Positions 35,874-46,403 are shown, counted from the first letter of the stretch. The stretch: DNA of 64,000 nt from an uncultured Pseudoxanthomonas sp. (GCA_965653375.1 CBFGZY010000007.1:2614-66613), one strand, 5' to 3'. Notes: generated by a model from the letters alone, not told the origin. Numbers and translations are program-made.

Positions 35874-36277
35874 GTGGTTTCATACTCGACGGACGACTGG
35901 AGCAGGACAGCGTCTTCGTTGCAGATGGTCCGCTTTCGCAAGTGCGGCTGATGAACGACTTGCGTTACCCGTGGCTATTGCTGGTGCCGCGCGTCGCGGA
36001 TGCGACCGAGTGGATCGAACTGGATGGCGGCCAGCAGCGGCTGTTGCTGGCGGAGATCAATCAGATCGGCGCCCTGCTCCGCAACGAGCCCGGCGTCGAG
36101 AAACTGAACATCGGCGCGCTGGGCAATATCGTGCGGCAATTGCACATCCATCTGGTCGGCCGGCGCGAAGGCGACGAAGCTTGGCCCGGCCCCGTCTGGG
36201 GAAAAGGCACAGCGCAGCGATTCCCGCCGGATAGGCTCCAGGCGAATGTCGACGCATGGCGCCAGAAGCTGAAATGA
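35870..36277 (+). CDS. HIT-family protein
   Basis: D.RYPWL.LVPR, KLNIGALGN.V.QLHIH...R...D.AWPGPVWG. Confidence 0.9.
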   Translation: MSGFILDGRLEQDSVFVADGPLSQVRLMNDLRYPWLLLVPRVADATEWIELDGGQQRLLLAEINQIGALLRNEPGVEKLNIGALGNIVRQLHIHLVGRREGDEAWPGPVWGKGTAQRFPPDRLQANVDAWRQKLK

Positions 36278-36966
36278 CACCTTCGTTCGAGCCGCTGTCG
36301 GACGATGCACTGTTGCTTCGCCTCGGCGACAGCATCGACGCCACGCTCAATGCGCAAGCGCATGCCATCGCATTACGACTACGCGAACAGGCCCCCTCCT
36401 GGTTGCGCGATCTGGTGCCCGCCTATGCCAGCCTGGCCGTCTTCTTCGATCCCCAACACATCGACAACGCCGATCCACACGCTCACGTGGCCGCCGCGGT
36501 AAAAGCGCTGCTGGGCACCCAGGCCATGATCACCTCACGCAATGCGGAGCCGGTAGAAATTCCTGTTTGTTACGGCGGCGAATCCGGACCCGACCTGATG
36601 GAAGCGGCGCGGCTGTGCGGTATCGGTCCCGATGAACTCATAGCGCGGCACACGGCAACGATCTATACGGTCGCGATGATTGGCTTCGCCCCCGGATTCC
36701 CCTATCTGCTGGGATTGGACGAATCACTGACGCTACCCCGATTGGATACGCCGCGCACGCGCGTGCCTGCAGGGTCGGTCGCGATCGGCGGCGCCCAGAC
36801 CGGCATCTATCCGCGTATGAGTCCCGGTGGTTGGCGCCTGTTGGGGCGAACGCCGCGGGTTCTCTTCGACGCCGCACGCGAGCCGCCATCCTTGCTTTCG
36901 CCGGGCGATCGGGTGCGCTTTGTGCCTATAGGCGCCGATGTCTTCGCGAATGAAGCCTCCCGATGA
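36274..36966 (+). CDS. pxpB: 5-oxoprolinase subunit B
   Basis: DLVPAYASL, EIPVCYGG..GPDL, GFAPGFPYL, PAGSVAIGG.QTGIYP..SPGGW. Confidence 0.93.
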   Translation: MTPSFEPLSDDALLLRLGDSIDATLNAQAHAIALRLREQAPSWLRDLVPAYASLAVFFDPQHIDNADPHAHVAAAVKALLGTQAMITSRNAEPVEIPVCYGGESGPDLMEAARLCGIGPDELIARHTATIYTVAMIGFAPGFPYLLGLDESLTLPRLDTPRTRVPAGSVAIGGAQTGIYPRMSPGGWRLLGRTPRVLFDAAREPPSLLSPGDRVRFVPIGADVFANEASR

Positions 36967-37916
36967 CTCAGTGGGAAGTGCTATCGCCCGGGTTGCAGAC
37001 GACCGTGCAAGACCATGGTCGACATGGCTGGCACCATCTCGGTGTCGCCCAGGCAGGCGCGCTGGACTTGTTTTCGTTGGAACTAGCCAATCGGCTGGTA
37101 GGCAATGAAGACGAACTTGCAGCACTCGAAATCACCCTGCACGGGCCAACGCTACGGTTGCGCCAACCTGCCCGCATCGCACTCACTGGGGCATCGATCG
37201 AAGCGTACTGGAATGGCGTCGCGCTGCCGACCGGACGCCCGGTGCAATTGCCGCCGGGCGATCTGAAGTTGGGCGGCATGCGCCACGGTGCGCGCAGCTG
37301 GCTGGCAATAGCGGGAGGATTCGACGTACCACTGGTGATGGGCAGTCGCAGCACCGATCTGCGCGGCGGTTTCGGTGGCTTGGAAGGCCGTGCGCTTCGC
37401 GCTGGCGATCGGTTGACGGCGGGCGGCGCTGTCGTTCCTGCGTTGGATACGCCACGGATCGCCAAATGGTGGATCGATGAGAGCGATATTCGGCAAGACC
37501 TGCCAATCCGTTTCGTCGCGTCTCCCGACCCCAGCGCGGATGCGCTTGGAACGCATCGATGGACCGTCAGTGTTCGCAGCGATCGTCAAGGACTGCGGCT
37601 GGAGGGACCTGCATTGACTTGTTCCAAAGGCAGCGGGATATCGGAACCCGTCGCGGTCGGCACCGTTCAACTTCCACCCGATGGCCAGCCCATCGTACTG
37701 CTGGCCGACGCGCAAACCGTCGGAGGCTATGCTCGGCTTGGCTACGTCATCAGCTGCGATCTGCCACGCCTGGCGCAGGCACGGCCCGGCTCGACACTGC
37801 ATTTCGTAGCGATCTCCGCGCCCGAGGCGCATCGGTTGGGACGGGAACATCGGCAGCAGCACGCACGCACCGCCATTGCCATCCGTCGGCAGCTGCAACA
37901 GGATTTCGGTGTTTAG
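36963..37916 (+). CDS. pxpC: 5-oxoprolinase subunit C
   Basis: TTVQD.GR.G, GA.D, S.RSDRQG.RL, G.VQLPPDGQPIVL.AD.QT.GGY. Confidence 0.93.
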   Translation: MTQWEVLSPGLQTTVQDHGRHGWHHLGVAQAGALDLFSLELANRLVGNEDELAALEITLHGPTLRLRQPARIALTGASIEAYWNGVALPTGRPVQLPPGDLKLGGMRHGARSWLAIAGGFDVPLVMGSRSTDLRGGFGGLEGRALRAGDRLTAGGAVVPALDTPRIAKWWIDESDIRQDLPIRFVASPDPSADALGTHRWTVSVRSDRQGLRLEGPALTCSKGSGISEPVAVGTVQLPPDGQPIVLLADAQTVGGYARLGYVISCDLPRLAQARPGSTLHFVAISAPEAHRLGREHRQQHARTAIAIRRQLQQDFGV

Positions 37917-38001
37917 TGGCTTCGACCGCCACGCCGTGCGGTGGCCGCCTGACCGGCAAAAAGCCGCATAATCGGCCTAACTATCTGAGTGGCTTGCCTG
38001 C

Positions 38002-38175
38002 ATGAAACGCAATTTCGTCCTGGCCGTGGTGTTGATCGTTCTTGGCGCCTTGTTTTTGTTGAACAATCTTGGCATTACGAATATCAGTCTGGGCGAGCTG
38101 ATTTCAAAGTGGTGGCCGGCGCTCCTGATCCTGGTGGGCATCAGCATGCTGCTGCGGGGCAATACCGCGAAGTAG
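38002..38175 (+). CDS. Small 57-aa two-TM membrane protein (LiaI/LiaF-TM/DUF5668-like), below the ORF-track cutoff
   Basis: Manual translation MKRNFVLAVVLIVLGALFLLNNLGITNISLGELISKWWPALLILVGISMLLRGNTAK*; two hydrophobic helices and a WP.LLI.VG motif. Confidence 0.8.
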   Translation: MKRNFVLAVVLIVLGALFLLNNLGITNISLGELISKWWPALLILVGISMLLRGNTAK

Positions 38176-38206
38176 CGGCGCAATGGCCGATAGGAAGGCA
38201 TACCCG

Positions 38207-38968
38207 ATGTCCAACGCAGCACGTATCGATTTCAATTGCGACTTGGGCGAAGGCGTTGGCGACGATGCCGCCATCCTTCCCTTCATCAGTTCCGCCAGCA
38301 TTGCCTGCGGCTTCCATGCCGGATCCCCGCAAACCATGCAGGCGGCGGTGGCATTGTGCCTGGCGAACGGTGTCGCGATCGGCGCCCACCCTGCCTTCCA
38401 GGATCGCGAGAACTTCGGTCGAACCGCGCAGGATATTTCTGCCAACGACGCTTACGCGCTCACCTTGTATCAGGTGGCCGCATTGGATGGCTTTACGCGC
38501 GCTGCCGGTGCTCGTCTGCACCACGTCAAACCCCATGGCGCGTTCTACAACCAGGCGGCGCGCGACCGCGATCTGGCCGGGGCTATCGCCACGGCTGTAC
38601 GCGATCACGACCCCGGGTTGATCCTCTACGGCTTGGCTGGCAGCGCATTGACAGCCGCGGGCGAAGCGCTCGGCTTGCAGGTAGCGCATGAAGCGTTTGC
38701 CGAACGCCGCTACGAAGCCGACGGAACCTTGACGCCGCGTAGCCTTCCCGACGCCAGCATCGAAGATGTCGCCACGGCCGCAGCGCAAGTCCGGCAGATG
38801 TTGCAGCATGGCGCGGTCATCGCGCGCACCGGCGAACGCGTACCACTGCGCGCCGACAGCATCTGCCTGCATGGCGATCGGCCCGATGCACCTGTGTTTG
38901 CGCGCGGCCTGCGGGCTGCCATCGAATCCTCCGGCTTCACTATCCAAACCATGGAGCGCACCGAATGA
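38207..38968 (+). CDS. pxpA: 5-oxoprolinase subunit A (LamB/YcsF family)
   Basis: DFNCDLGEG, SASIACGFHAG, GAHP...DRE.FGR, HVKPHGA.YN, EAFAER.Y, ICLHGD. Confidence 0.96.
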   Translation: MSNAARIDFNCDLGEGVGDDAAILPFISSASIACGFHAGSPQTMQAAVALCLANGVAIGAHPAFQDRENFGRTAQDISANDAYALTLYQVAALDGFTRAAGARLHHVKPHGAFYNQAARDRDLAGAIATAVRDHDPGLILYGLAGSALTAAGEALGLQVAHEAFAERRYEADGTLTPRSLPDASIEDVATAAAQVRQMLQHGAVIARTGERVPLRADSICLHGDRPDAPVFARGLRAAIESSGFTIQTMERTE

Positions 38969-39699
38969 ACTATTGGCCCCTGCTTGGCATCGCGGTGGTG
39001 GTCGCAGGTTTTGTGCTTCGTTTCAATCCGGTGCTGGTGGTGGTGGCCGCCGGATTGGTCAGCGGATTGCTGGCCGGCATCTCGCTGCCGGACTTGCTGG
39101 CGCTGCTGGGCAACAGTTTCATCGACAATCGGCCATTGCTGATGTTTCTGCTCACCTTGCCGGCCATCGGATTGCTGGAGCACTACGGATTGCGCGAACG
39201 TGCCCGCGAATGGATCGTCAGTTTCAAGGGCCTGACCTTGTCGCGTTTCCAGATTGCCTATCTCGGTTTACGCCAGCTGATGAGCATGGCGGGCCTGACC
39301 CATGTGGCCGGCCCTGCGCAAACGGTACGCCCGCTGGTGGCGCCCATGAGCGAAGCCGCGGCCGAGCGCACTTTGGGCGAACTGACCGAACATGACCGCG
39401 AACGCGTGCGTGCCAGCGCAGCGGCCACCGACAACGTGGGCTTGTTCTTTGGCGAGGACGTTTTCGTCGCGATCGGCGCAGTGCTGCTGATCCAAGGCTT
39501 CTACGCGCGCAACGGTATCGAACTCGAACCGCTGGCGATCGCGCTGTGGGCATTGCCTACCGCAGTAGCTGCATTCGTCATCCATGCGATCCGGTTGAAG
39601 TTGCTGCAGCGGCGGCTGGAACGCGAACATTTGGAACGCGAGCACGCTGCAAACGACGTGCCGGCCGACACGGTGGAGAGCACGAATGCTCAAGACTGA
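38965..39699 (+). CDS. DUF969-family membrane protein (putative 5-oxoproline transporter subunit)
   Basis: G..LRFNP.LVV, LP.IGLLE..GLRE, AAATDNVGLFFGED; follows pxpA. Confidence 0.88.
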   Translation: MNYWPLLGIAVVVAGFVLRFNPVLVVVAAGLVSGLLAGISLPDLLALLGNSFIDNRPLLMFLLTLPAIGLLEHYGLRERAREWIVSFKGLTLSRFQIAYLGLRQLMSMAGLTHVAGPAQTVRPLVAPMSEAAAERTLGELTEHDRERVRASAAATDNVGLFFGEDVFVAIGAVLLIQGFYARNGIELEPLAIALWALPTAVAAFVIHAIRLKLLQRRLEREHLEREHAANDVPADTVESTNAQD

Positions 39700-40654
39700 G
39701 TACCTCTTCTGGCTGATCGGCGCCTTCTTGCTGATCACAGCTTTGTTCAACCTGCGCGAACGCCGTTATGCGGCCGGTATTTTCTGGCTGGTGCTGGTAG
39801 CACCGTTCGCCTTCGGCACACAGATCCAGGCAGCGGCCAAGGCCGGCGTGCAATGGCCGGCGCAGGCAATGGGCATGGGCGTGATGGCGCTTGGCATTCT
39901 GGCAACACGCGGTCGCTTCAGCGTCGTCGCAGACACCCCACAGGCACATGCACGCCGGCAGGCGCTTTCCGACGTCCTTCGCAACAAGCTGTTCGGCCCG
40001 GCACTGGTGATTCCCTTGCTGACATTGCTGTTGTTCATTGCCAGCAAGTTTCTGCCCGGCATGGACACGTTCATGGATCCCAAGGCACTGACCTTGAGCT
40101 CGCTGGCATTGGCCAGTCTGGTGGCGCTGGCTGCCGCATTGTGGGTGACGCGCGCTCGGCCGTTGGAATCGCTGGGCCAGGGCCGGCGGTTGCTGGATTC
40201 GCTGGGCTGGGCGGTGCTGCTGCCGATGGTGCTGGCCACACTGGGCGGCGTGTTCGCCGCGACCGGCGTGGGCGAAGCCATCGCCAGATTGGTGGGTTAC
40301 GTGATTCCCGTCGAAAACCGCATGGCTTGCCTGCTGGCGTTCTCGCTGGGCATGGTGTTGTTCACCATCATCATGGGCAATGCGTTTGCCGCATTCCCGG
40401 TGATGATGGCCGGTATCGGCCTGCCACTACTGATCCAGAAGCACGGCGCGGATCCGGCGGTATTGGGCGCCATTGGCATGTTGACCGGATACTGCGGCAC
40501 CTTGCTGACGCCGATGGCCGCCAACTTCAACATCGTGCCGGCGGTGCTGCTGGAATTGAAAGACCAGTACGGCGTGATCCGCATGCAGGCGGCCACTGCG
40601 TTCTGGCTGATGGGTGTCAATGTGCTGCTGATGGCTTGGCTGTGCTTTCGATGA
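39686..40654 (+). CDS. DUF979-family membrane protein (putative 5-oxoproline transporter subunit)
   Basis: [45 protein letters not shown]. Confidence 0.88.
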   Translation: MLKTEYLFWLIGAFLLITALFNLRERRYAAGIFWLVLVAPFAFGTQIQAAAKAGVQWPAQAMGMGVMALGILATRGRFSVVADTPQAHARRQALSDVLRNKLFGPALVIPLLTLLLFIASKFLPGMDTFMDPKALTLSSLALASLVALAAALWVTRARPLESLGQGRRLLDSLGWAVLLPMVLATLGGVFAATGVGEAIARLVGYVIPVENRMACLLAFSLGMVLFTIIMGNAFAAFPVMMAGIGLPLLIQKHGADPAVLGAIGMLTGYCGTLLTPMAANFNIVPAVLLELKDQYGVIRMQAATAFWLMGVNVLLMAWLCFR

Positions 40655-40691
40655 GACAAGCGCTTCTGATTCACAGGGCGAGATACTGCCT

Positions 40692-41345
40692 ATGAAAGCT
40701 CCTCCTACCGTATTGCTAACCGGCTTCGCGCCCTTCGGCGGTGAAACCACGAATCCCAGTTGGGAGGCTGTTGTTGCGCTGGACGGCCGCCGTATCCGGG
40801 GGCACCGCGTGGTCGCCCGCCAGTTGTCGGTAACTTTCGGCGAATCGTTGAAAGCTCTCCGCGCGGCGCTTCGGGAAACCTCGCCTTCATTGGTCATTTG
40901 CGTGGGCCAGGCCGGTGGGCGCACGCAGTTGTCGCTGGAGCGCGTCGCCATCAATGTCGATGACGCACGCATTGCAGACAATGCAGGCTATCAACCCATC
41001 GACACACCGATTGCCGAAAACGGGCCTGCAGCGTATTTCAGCACGCTGCCCATCAAGGCACTACTGGCTGGCTTGCGCGACGCCGGCTATCCCGTCGAGG
41101 TTTCGCAGACTGCGGGCACTTACGTGTGCAACCATGTTTTCTACGGCTTGATGCATGCGCTGCGCAACAAACGCGCCGTGCGCGGCGGCTTCATCCACAT
41201 TCCGTATTCGCCCGTGCAAGCGGCCGCCCATCCAGGCGCAGCCAGCTTGTCGACGGAAGTCGTGACCGAAGCGTTACGCTTGGCCATTCGTATTTCGCTG
41301 ACGACGGCCGTCGACAGCAAGCTCGCCGCAGGAGCGGAACATTGA
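40692..41345 (+). CDS. pcp: Pyroglutamyl-peptidase I
   Basis: [47 protein letters not shown]. Confidence 0.97.
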   Translation: MKAPPTVLLTGFAPFGGETTNPSWEAVVALDGRRIRGHRVVARQLSVTFGESLKALRAALRETSPSLVICVGQAGGRTQLSLERVAINVDDARIADNAGYQPIDTPIAENGPAAYFSTLPIKALLAGLRDAGYPVEVSQTAGTYVCNHVFYGLMHALRNKRAVRGGFIHIPYSPVQAAAHPGAASLSTEVVTEALRLAIRISLTTAVDSKLAAGAEH

Positions 41346-41367
41346 AAGGCTGCGCCAGATAGATTCC

Positions 41368-41445
41368 TGTGGGAGCGATGTCGGTCGCGACCGTAAACAT
41401 CGACGTCGCGACTGACCGGTGCCGCGTGCCGGCACCACTTCCACA
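41368..41445. repeat. Degenerate GTGG-type REP doublet with a hairpin insert
   Basis: TGTGGGAGCGATGTCGGTCGCGAC and an inverted copy GTCGCGACTGAC[GGTGCCG/CGGCACC hairpin]ACTTCCACA. Confidence 0.65.
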
Positions 41446-41534
41446 AAGGCGCCATGTCGGCGCTGCCGCCATAAGGGCTGGCAACCAGCACAGAATGTCG
41501 CCTACATAAGCGAAAACACCGCCCTACAGAAATC

Positions 41535-42101
41535 TCAGGTACGCGGCAGCGTCACGCCGACCTGGCCCTGATACTTGCCGCCGCGATCCTTGTAGCTGGT
41601 TTCGCAAATCTCGTCGGATTCGAAGAACAGCATCTGCGCCACGCCTTCGTTGGCGTATATGCGTGCCGGCAGCGGCGTGGTGTTGCTGAACTCCAGCGTC
41701 ACGTGACCTTCCCATTCCGGTTCCAACGGGGTGACGTTGACGATGATGCCGCAGCGCGCGTAGGTGCTCTTGCCCAGGCAGACCACCAGCGTGCTGCGGG
41801 GAATGCGGAAATATTCCACCGTCCGCGCCAAGGCAAAGCTGTTGGGCGGGATGATGCACACGTCCGACTCCACATCGACGAAGCTGCCGCTGTCGAAATG
41901 CTTGGGATCGACGATGGTCGAGTTGATGTTGGTAAAGACCTTGAACTCGCGCGAGCAGCGCACGTCATAGCCGTAGCTGGAGGTGCCGTAGCTGACGATG
42001 CGTTCGCCGTTGGCTTGCTTGACCTGGCCGGGCTCGTACGGCTCGATCATCTTGTGCTGCTCGGCCATGCGGCGGATCCAAAGGTCACTCTTGATGCTCA
42101 T
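41535..42101 (-). CDS. dcd: dCTP deaminase
   Basis: [41 protein letters not shown]. Confidence 0.98.
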   Translation of the reverse strand: MSIKSDLWIRRMAEQHKMIEPYEPGQVKQANGERIVSYGTSSYGYDVRCSREFKVFTNINSTIVDPKHFDSGSFVDVESDVCIIPPNSFALARTVEYFRIPRSTLVVCLGKSTYARCGIIVNVTPLEPEWEGHVTLEFSNTTPLPARIYANEGVAQMLFFESDEICETSYKDRGGKYQGQVGVTLPRT

Positions 42102-42200
42102 GCGGCAGTTCCTGTTCCTGAAATGGGGAAAACGTGTGGCTGATTGACGTCTCGCCGCGCCGCGCAAGAAGCGCGGAGATGGGCGCGAAAGTCCGCAATT

Positions 42201-42225
42201 GTAGAGCGGAGCCCGCCCCGCTGCT
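42201..42225 (+). repeat. Degenerate single GTAG-REP
   Basis: GTAGAGCGGAGCCCGCCCCGCTGCT, same family as 28449 and 56042. Confidence 0.7.
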
Positions 42226-42259
42226 CCGGCTGGCGCGGCAGCGAAACACCGGAAAGCAT

Positions 42260-43306
42260 TCAGACCAGCGAGGAAGCGATAGGCATCGCGGCACGCGGCC
42301 GCATCGCCAGATGGGCCGCCATCATCCGGGCCGTATGGCGATAAGCCTGGGCAACGGCCGAATCCGGGGCCGCCACGACCACCGGCTGGCCGGCATCGCC
42401 ATGTTCGCGGATGGCGATGTCCAACGGCAGCGAACCCAGCAACGGCACCCCGTACTGCGCCGCCATCCGCTGGCCGCCACCTTCGCCGAACAGATGTTCG
42501 ACATGGCCGCAGTTGGAGCAGGTATGCACGGCCATGTTCTCCACGATACCCAGCACCGGAACTTCGACTTTCTCGAACATCTTCAGTGCCTTCCTGGCAT
42601 CAAGTGTCGCAATGTCTTGCGGCGTGGTGACGATGACCGCGCCTGCGACAGGTATCTTCTGCGCCAGGGTCAGCTGGATATCGCCCGTGCCCGGCGGCAG
42701 ATCGATCAGCAAGTAGTCCAGATCGCCCCATAGCGTATCGGTGAATAGTTGGGTCAACGCCGAAGTCGCCATCGGCCCGCGCCAGATCATCGGCGTGTCT
42801 TGATCCACCAAGAAGCCGATCGACATCGCTTCCACCCCGAAGGCTCGCATCGGCTCGATGGACTTGTTGTCCGGGCTGTCGGGTCGCCCGCTCAGCCCCA
42901 GCATGGTCGGCACGCTGGGTCCGTACACGTCCGCGTCCAGCACCCCGACTTTCGCGCCCTCGGCCTTCAGTGCCAGCGCCAGATTGACCGCGGTAGTCGA
43001 CTTCCCCACCCCGCCCTTGCCGGAGCCGATGGCGATGACGTTACGGACCCGGGGCAGTGGCGAGAGATTGGGCTGGACAGCATGGGATACGACGCGAAAA
43101 TCCAGCAGGAATTCCGCCAACTGGGTTCCCTCCGCGGCCAGCAGCGCTCCGACCTGGCGCTCGATGTCCTGCTTCAGCCCTAGAGCCGGGTAGCCCAGAG
43201 TCAGTCGGACCTGAGTGGCGGTCTTCGGCCCCTGCACTTGGAAATGGGCCTTCGTATCCCCCAACCGTACCCCCTCTGGGGCCTCTATTTGTGACAGCTG
43301 TTGCAC
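42260..43306 (-). CDS. apbC: Fe-S cluster carrier ATPase ApbC/Mrp (start uncertain)
   Basis: [38 protein letters not shown]...C..CG. Confidence 0.95.
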   Translation of the reverse strand: MQQLSQIEAPEGVRLGDTKAHFQVQGPKTATQVRLTLGYPALGLKQDIERQVGALLAAEGTQLAEFLLDFRVVSHAVQPNLSPLPRVRNVIAIGSGKGGVGKSTTAVNLALALKAEGAKVGVLDADVYGPSVPTMLGLSGRPDSPDNKSIEPMRAFGVEAMSIGFLVDQDTPMIWRGPMATSALTQLFTDTLWGDLDYLLIDLPPGTGDIQLTLAQKIPVAGAVIVTTPQDIATLDARKALKMFEKVEVPVLGIVENMAVHTCSNCGHVEHLFGEGGGQRMAAQYGVPLLGSLPLDIAIREHGDAGQPVVVAAPDSAVAQAYRHTARMMAAHLAMRPRAAMPIASSLV

Positions 43307-43503
43307 TAAATTGCCTTTGGATTGGATATTTTTGATAACTACGTCACATTTTCAAATGTAACAGTCGTAACATGGGTTGTGCTATGGGCGCAGTCGTTAA
43401 TGTCGTGTTAACGTCAGACCACAGGACATTTGACGTGCGGCAGGGACTGACGGACCAGTCCAACGGGGGCCGCATCACCTTCTAGTTTAGGGGATTCACA
43501 ACT
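43289..43503 (+). promoter_or_regulatory. Upstream regulatory cassette of TBDR-1 (copy 1 of a duplicated ~215-bp element)
   Basis: Aligns block-for-block with 46476-46691; includes the identical 24-mer TTTCAAATGTAACAGTCGTAACAT and GTTAA-N7-TTAAC. Confidence 0.85.
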
Positions 43504-46353
43504 ATGTCATTTCGGAATATGACTGCGCCCAAGCGTAGTCGATTGAGCGCGGCCATGTTTGCCGTATTGCTGCTGCCCGTCGCCGGGGTCACGCTGGCCC
43601 AAGAGGCTGACGACGCCACTCCGGATACCAGTAATCAAGCTTCCAAGCCGACTGCCACGCTGGACAAAGTCACCGTCACCGGCTCGCGCATCAAACGCGC
43701 CGAGATCGAAGGCCCTTCACCCGTAACCGTGATCACCTCGGAACAGATCGAGCGTGAAGGCTTCAATACCGTCTACGACGCGCTGAATACCTTGACTCAG
43801 GCGTCGGGCTCCACGCAGAACGAAGTCTTCCAAGGCGGATTCACCCCCAACGCCAGCGTCATCAACCTTCGCGGCTTGGGCCCGGGGCGTACGCTGCTGC
43901 TGATCAACGGCCGCCGTGCCGCCGACTATCCGTTGCCTTACAACGGCCAGAGCAACTTCGCTAATTTCGGCAACATTCCTGCCGCGGCGGTCGATCGGAT
44001 CGAACTGCTCGCAGGCGGCGCATCCGCAATCTATGGCTCGGACGCGGTGGCGGGCGTCGTCAACGTCATCCTGAAGACCAACTACGAAGGCGACTTGATC
44101 AAGTTGCGTGGCAGCACGACGAGCCAAGGTGGACGCGACCGCGGCGACTTGCAGTGGATCGGCGGCAAGACCGGCGACAAGTGGAGCGTGACCTACGCTT
44201 TCGAATACTTCGCCAGCGAACCGCTGTACGCCTATCAGCGCGACTTCATGGACTCCAGCCTGGACAATCCATTGCCGCCCGATTACGTGGGCATCCAACC
44301 GATCGGTACCATGCGCGTGCGCCGTCGCACCGGCTCCACTGCTGGTTCCTATTTCGCTCCGCCAGCCGGCGCCTGCGAGCAACTCGGCGACGAGTGGGTA
44401 CGCTGGAACTTCCGAAGTGCTAACACGGCTGGTGTCATCACCAACCTGGGCCAGGCCTGCGGCACGTTCAACGACGTGGGTTACCAAACCATCGACAACG
44501 GTAACAACGACCTGTCGGGCTACGCCTATGGCACCTTCGAATTCGACAACGGCATGCAGGGGTGGGCCAGCTTGCAAGCGTGGAAGTCGGAAGCAAAGTA
44601 CGGCGCAGGCACCCAGTTCTGGGGCGGCCGCACAACCGGCGCTTTGTGGTTCGACCAAGGCTTCAACAACCTGGTCGACGCACAGCGCGTCTTCACGCCA
44701 CAGGAAGCCGGCGGCGTCGAGAAGCTGCTTGCGAAAAACGACGAGCGATCTTTTGACCTGGCCGTCGGACTGCGTGGTCAGTTCGGCGAGCGTTTCGATT
44801 GGGACTTGACGCTGTCCCGCGCCGAGTACGACGTCGAGACCGATCGTCCTCGCCTGCTGTCCACAGCCGTCAACGACTACTTCCTGGGTCCGCAATTGGG
44901 CACCCGCGTCGTCGGTGGCGTGACGTACCCGGTATACAGGCTAAATCAGAGCCGGTACTACTCGGCACTGACTCCTGAGCAGTTCGCCTCGCTTAATACT
45001 GTCGTCAAAACGAAGGCCGAATCCTACGTAAACCAAGGCAGCTTTGTAGTGTCTGGCGATCTGTTCGAACTGCCGGCCGGCCCGTTGGGTTTCGCCGCAG
45101 TACTGGAAGCCTCTCAGCAAGAATACGACTTAACGGCCGATCCGCGGATCCTGCCCGACTATACGGGTACGGATCGCCCCTACAACCTCACCGGCACCGG
45201 TGGCGGTGGTCAACGCGATCGTTATGCCCTGGGTGTTGAGTTCTCGGTGCCGATCCTGGAATCGTTGAAAGGCAGCATCGCCGGCCGTTTTGACAAATAC
45301 GACGACGTAACCGCCGTGGACGATGCAAAAACCTGGAATGCCGGCCTGGAATGGCGTCCCGTAGACAACCTGCTGTTCCGCGGCTCCTATTCCACCAGCT
45401 TCCGCGCACCCGACATGCACTACGTGTTCGCTGAACGCAGCGGCTCTTTCAGTGCCATCCTCGATACTCGTCGCTGCCTGGAAAGCGGCAGAACCACCGC
45501 GCAATGTCCGTCGACCGACGTGGTCACCAACTACACTGCCTTCGGCGTTCGTCAAGGCACGACCGATCTGACCGAAGAAACCGGTAACTCGTGGACGGCC
45601 GGCATCGTGTGGGACATCATCGATGGCTTGTCGGTCAGCGCTGACTACTACGAAATCGAACTGGAAGATGCGGTTGCCGATATCACTACCGCATACATCC
45701 TGGATGCTGAAGCAGGTTGCGTTACCGGCCTAACGCGCACTCGTCAGCCTTTTACCTTAGGCGCACCGGGTTCGGCTTTCTGTAACGACATGATCTCGCG
45801 GGTTTCCCGCCTCAGCGCACCTGGCACTCCGAACGACGGCCAGATCACCGAAATCCGTCGTGGTCCCATCAACCGTGCTTACCAGAGTGTCTCGGGCATC
45901 GACGCCACGCTGGACTATCGCCTCGATACCGATCGCCTGGGTGATTTCCGCATCCAGGTTGGCTACTCGCACACACTCGAGCAGAAGACGTCGCAGTTCA
46001 AAGGCGATCCGATTCTCGACTATCGCGATGATCTGACCAACTTCGATTTCCGTAGCCGTATCCGTACAACGGCGACATGGACAAAGGACGACTGGCAAGC
46101 ATCGGTCTTTATGCTCCGATACGGCAGCCTACCGAACTGGCAGGAAACCGGCCGCATCGCTCCTTACTTCATCTGGAATACAAGCGTTGGCAAGCAGATA
46201 ACCGAAGATATGCAGGTCAACCTGTACGTCAATAACCTGTTCGACAAAACTCATCCGCGAGACGATGGGTTCAACAGCTATCCGTACTTCTGGCGGGCCT
46301 ACAGCCCGATCGGTCGTGAGATCGCTCTGGAACTCCAGTACAAGTTCAACTGA
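43504..46353 (+). CDS. TonB-dependent receptor 1
   Basis: Signal peptide; TonB box LDKVTVTGSRIKR; plug NLRGLG.GRTL.LINGRR and IELLAGGASAIYGSDAVAGVVNVI; C-terminal beta-strand LQYKFN. Confidence 0.96.
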   Translation: MSFRNMTAPKRSRLSAAMFAVLLLPVAGVTLAQEADDATPDTSNQASKPTATLDKVTVTGSRIKRAEIEGPSPVTVITSEQIEREGFNTVYDALNTLTQASGSTQNEVFQGGFTPNASVINLRGLGPGRTLLLINGRRAADYPLPYNGQSNFANFGNIPAAAVDRIELLAGGASAIYGSDAVAGVVNVILKTNYEGDLIKLRGSTTSQGGRDRGDLQWIGGKTGDKWSVTYAFEYFASEPLYAYQRDFMDSSLDNPLPPDYVGIQPIGTMRVRRRTGSTAGSYFAPPAGACEQLGDEWVRWNFRSANTAGVITNLGQACGTFNDVGYQTIDNGNNDLSGYAYGTFEFDNGMQGWASLQAWKSEAKYGAGTQFWGGRTTGALWFDQGFNNLVDAQRVFTPQEAGGVEKLLAKNDERSFDLAVGLRGQFGERFDWDLTLSRAEYDVETDRPRLLSTAVNDYFLGPQLGTRVVGGVTYPVYRLNQSRYYSALTPEQFASLNTVVKTKAESYVNQGSFVVSGDLFELPAGPLGFAAVLEASQQEYDLTADPRILPDYTGTDRPYNLTGTGGGGQRDRYALGVEFSVPILESLKGSIAGRFDKYDDVTAVDDAKTWNAGLEWRPVDNLLFRGSYSTSFRAPDMHYVFAERSGSFSAILDTRRCLESGRTTAQCPSTDVVTNYTAFGVRQGTTDLTEETGNSWTAGIVWDIIDGLSVSADYYEIELEDAVADITTAYILDAEAGCVTGLTRTRQPFTLGAPGSAFCNDMISRVSRLSAPGTPNDGQITEIRRGPINRAYQSVSGIDATLDYRLDTDRLGDFRIQVGYSHTLEQKTSQFKGDPILDYRDDLTNFDFRSRIRTTATWTKDDWQASVFMLRYGSLPNWQETGRIAPYFIWNTSVGKQITEDMQVNLYVNNLFDKTHPRDDGFNSYPYFWRAYSPIGREIALELQYKFN

Positions 46354-46377
46354 TCGTTGTCAGTGGAGTCACACCCA

Positions 46378-46403
46378 AAAAGCCCGGCGCAAGCCGGGCT
46401 TTT
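46378..46403 (+). terminator. Intrinsic terminator after TBDR-1 (bidirectional form)
   Basis: AAAAGCCCGGC-GCAA-GCCGGGCTTTT. Confidence 0.9.

Noticed and set aside
43289-43503. Cobalamin/TPP riboswitch or Fur box upstream of the TBDRs
   Set aside because: The consensus elements (B12 box, CTGAGA/ACCTG, GATAATGATAATCATTATC) are not visible; reported instead as an unclassified element.
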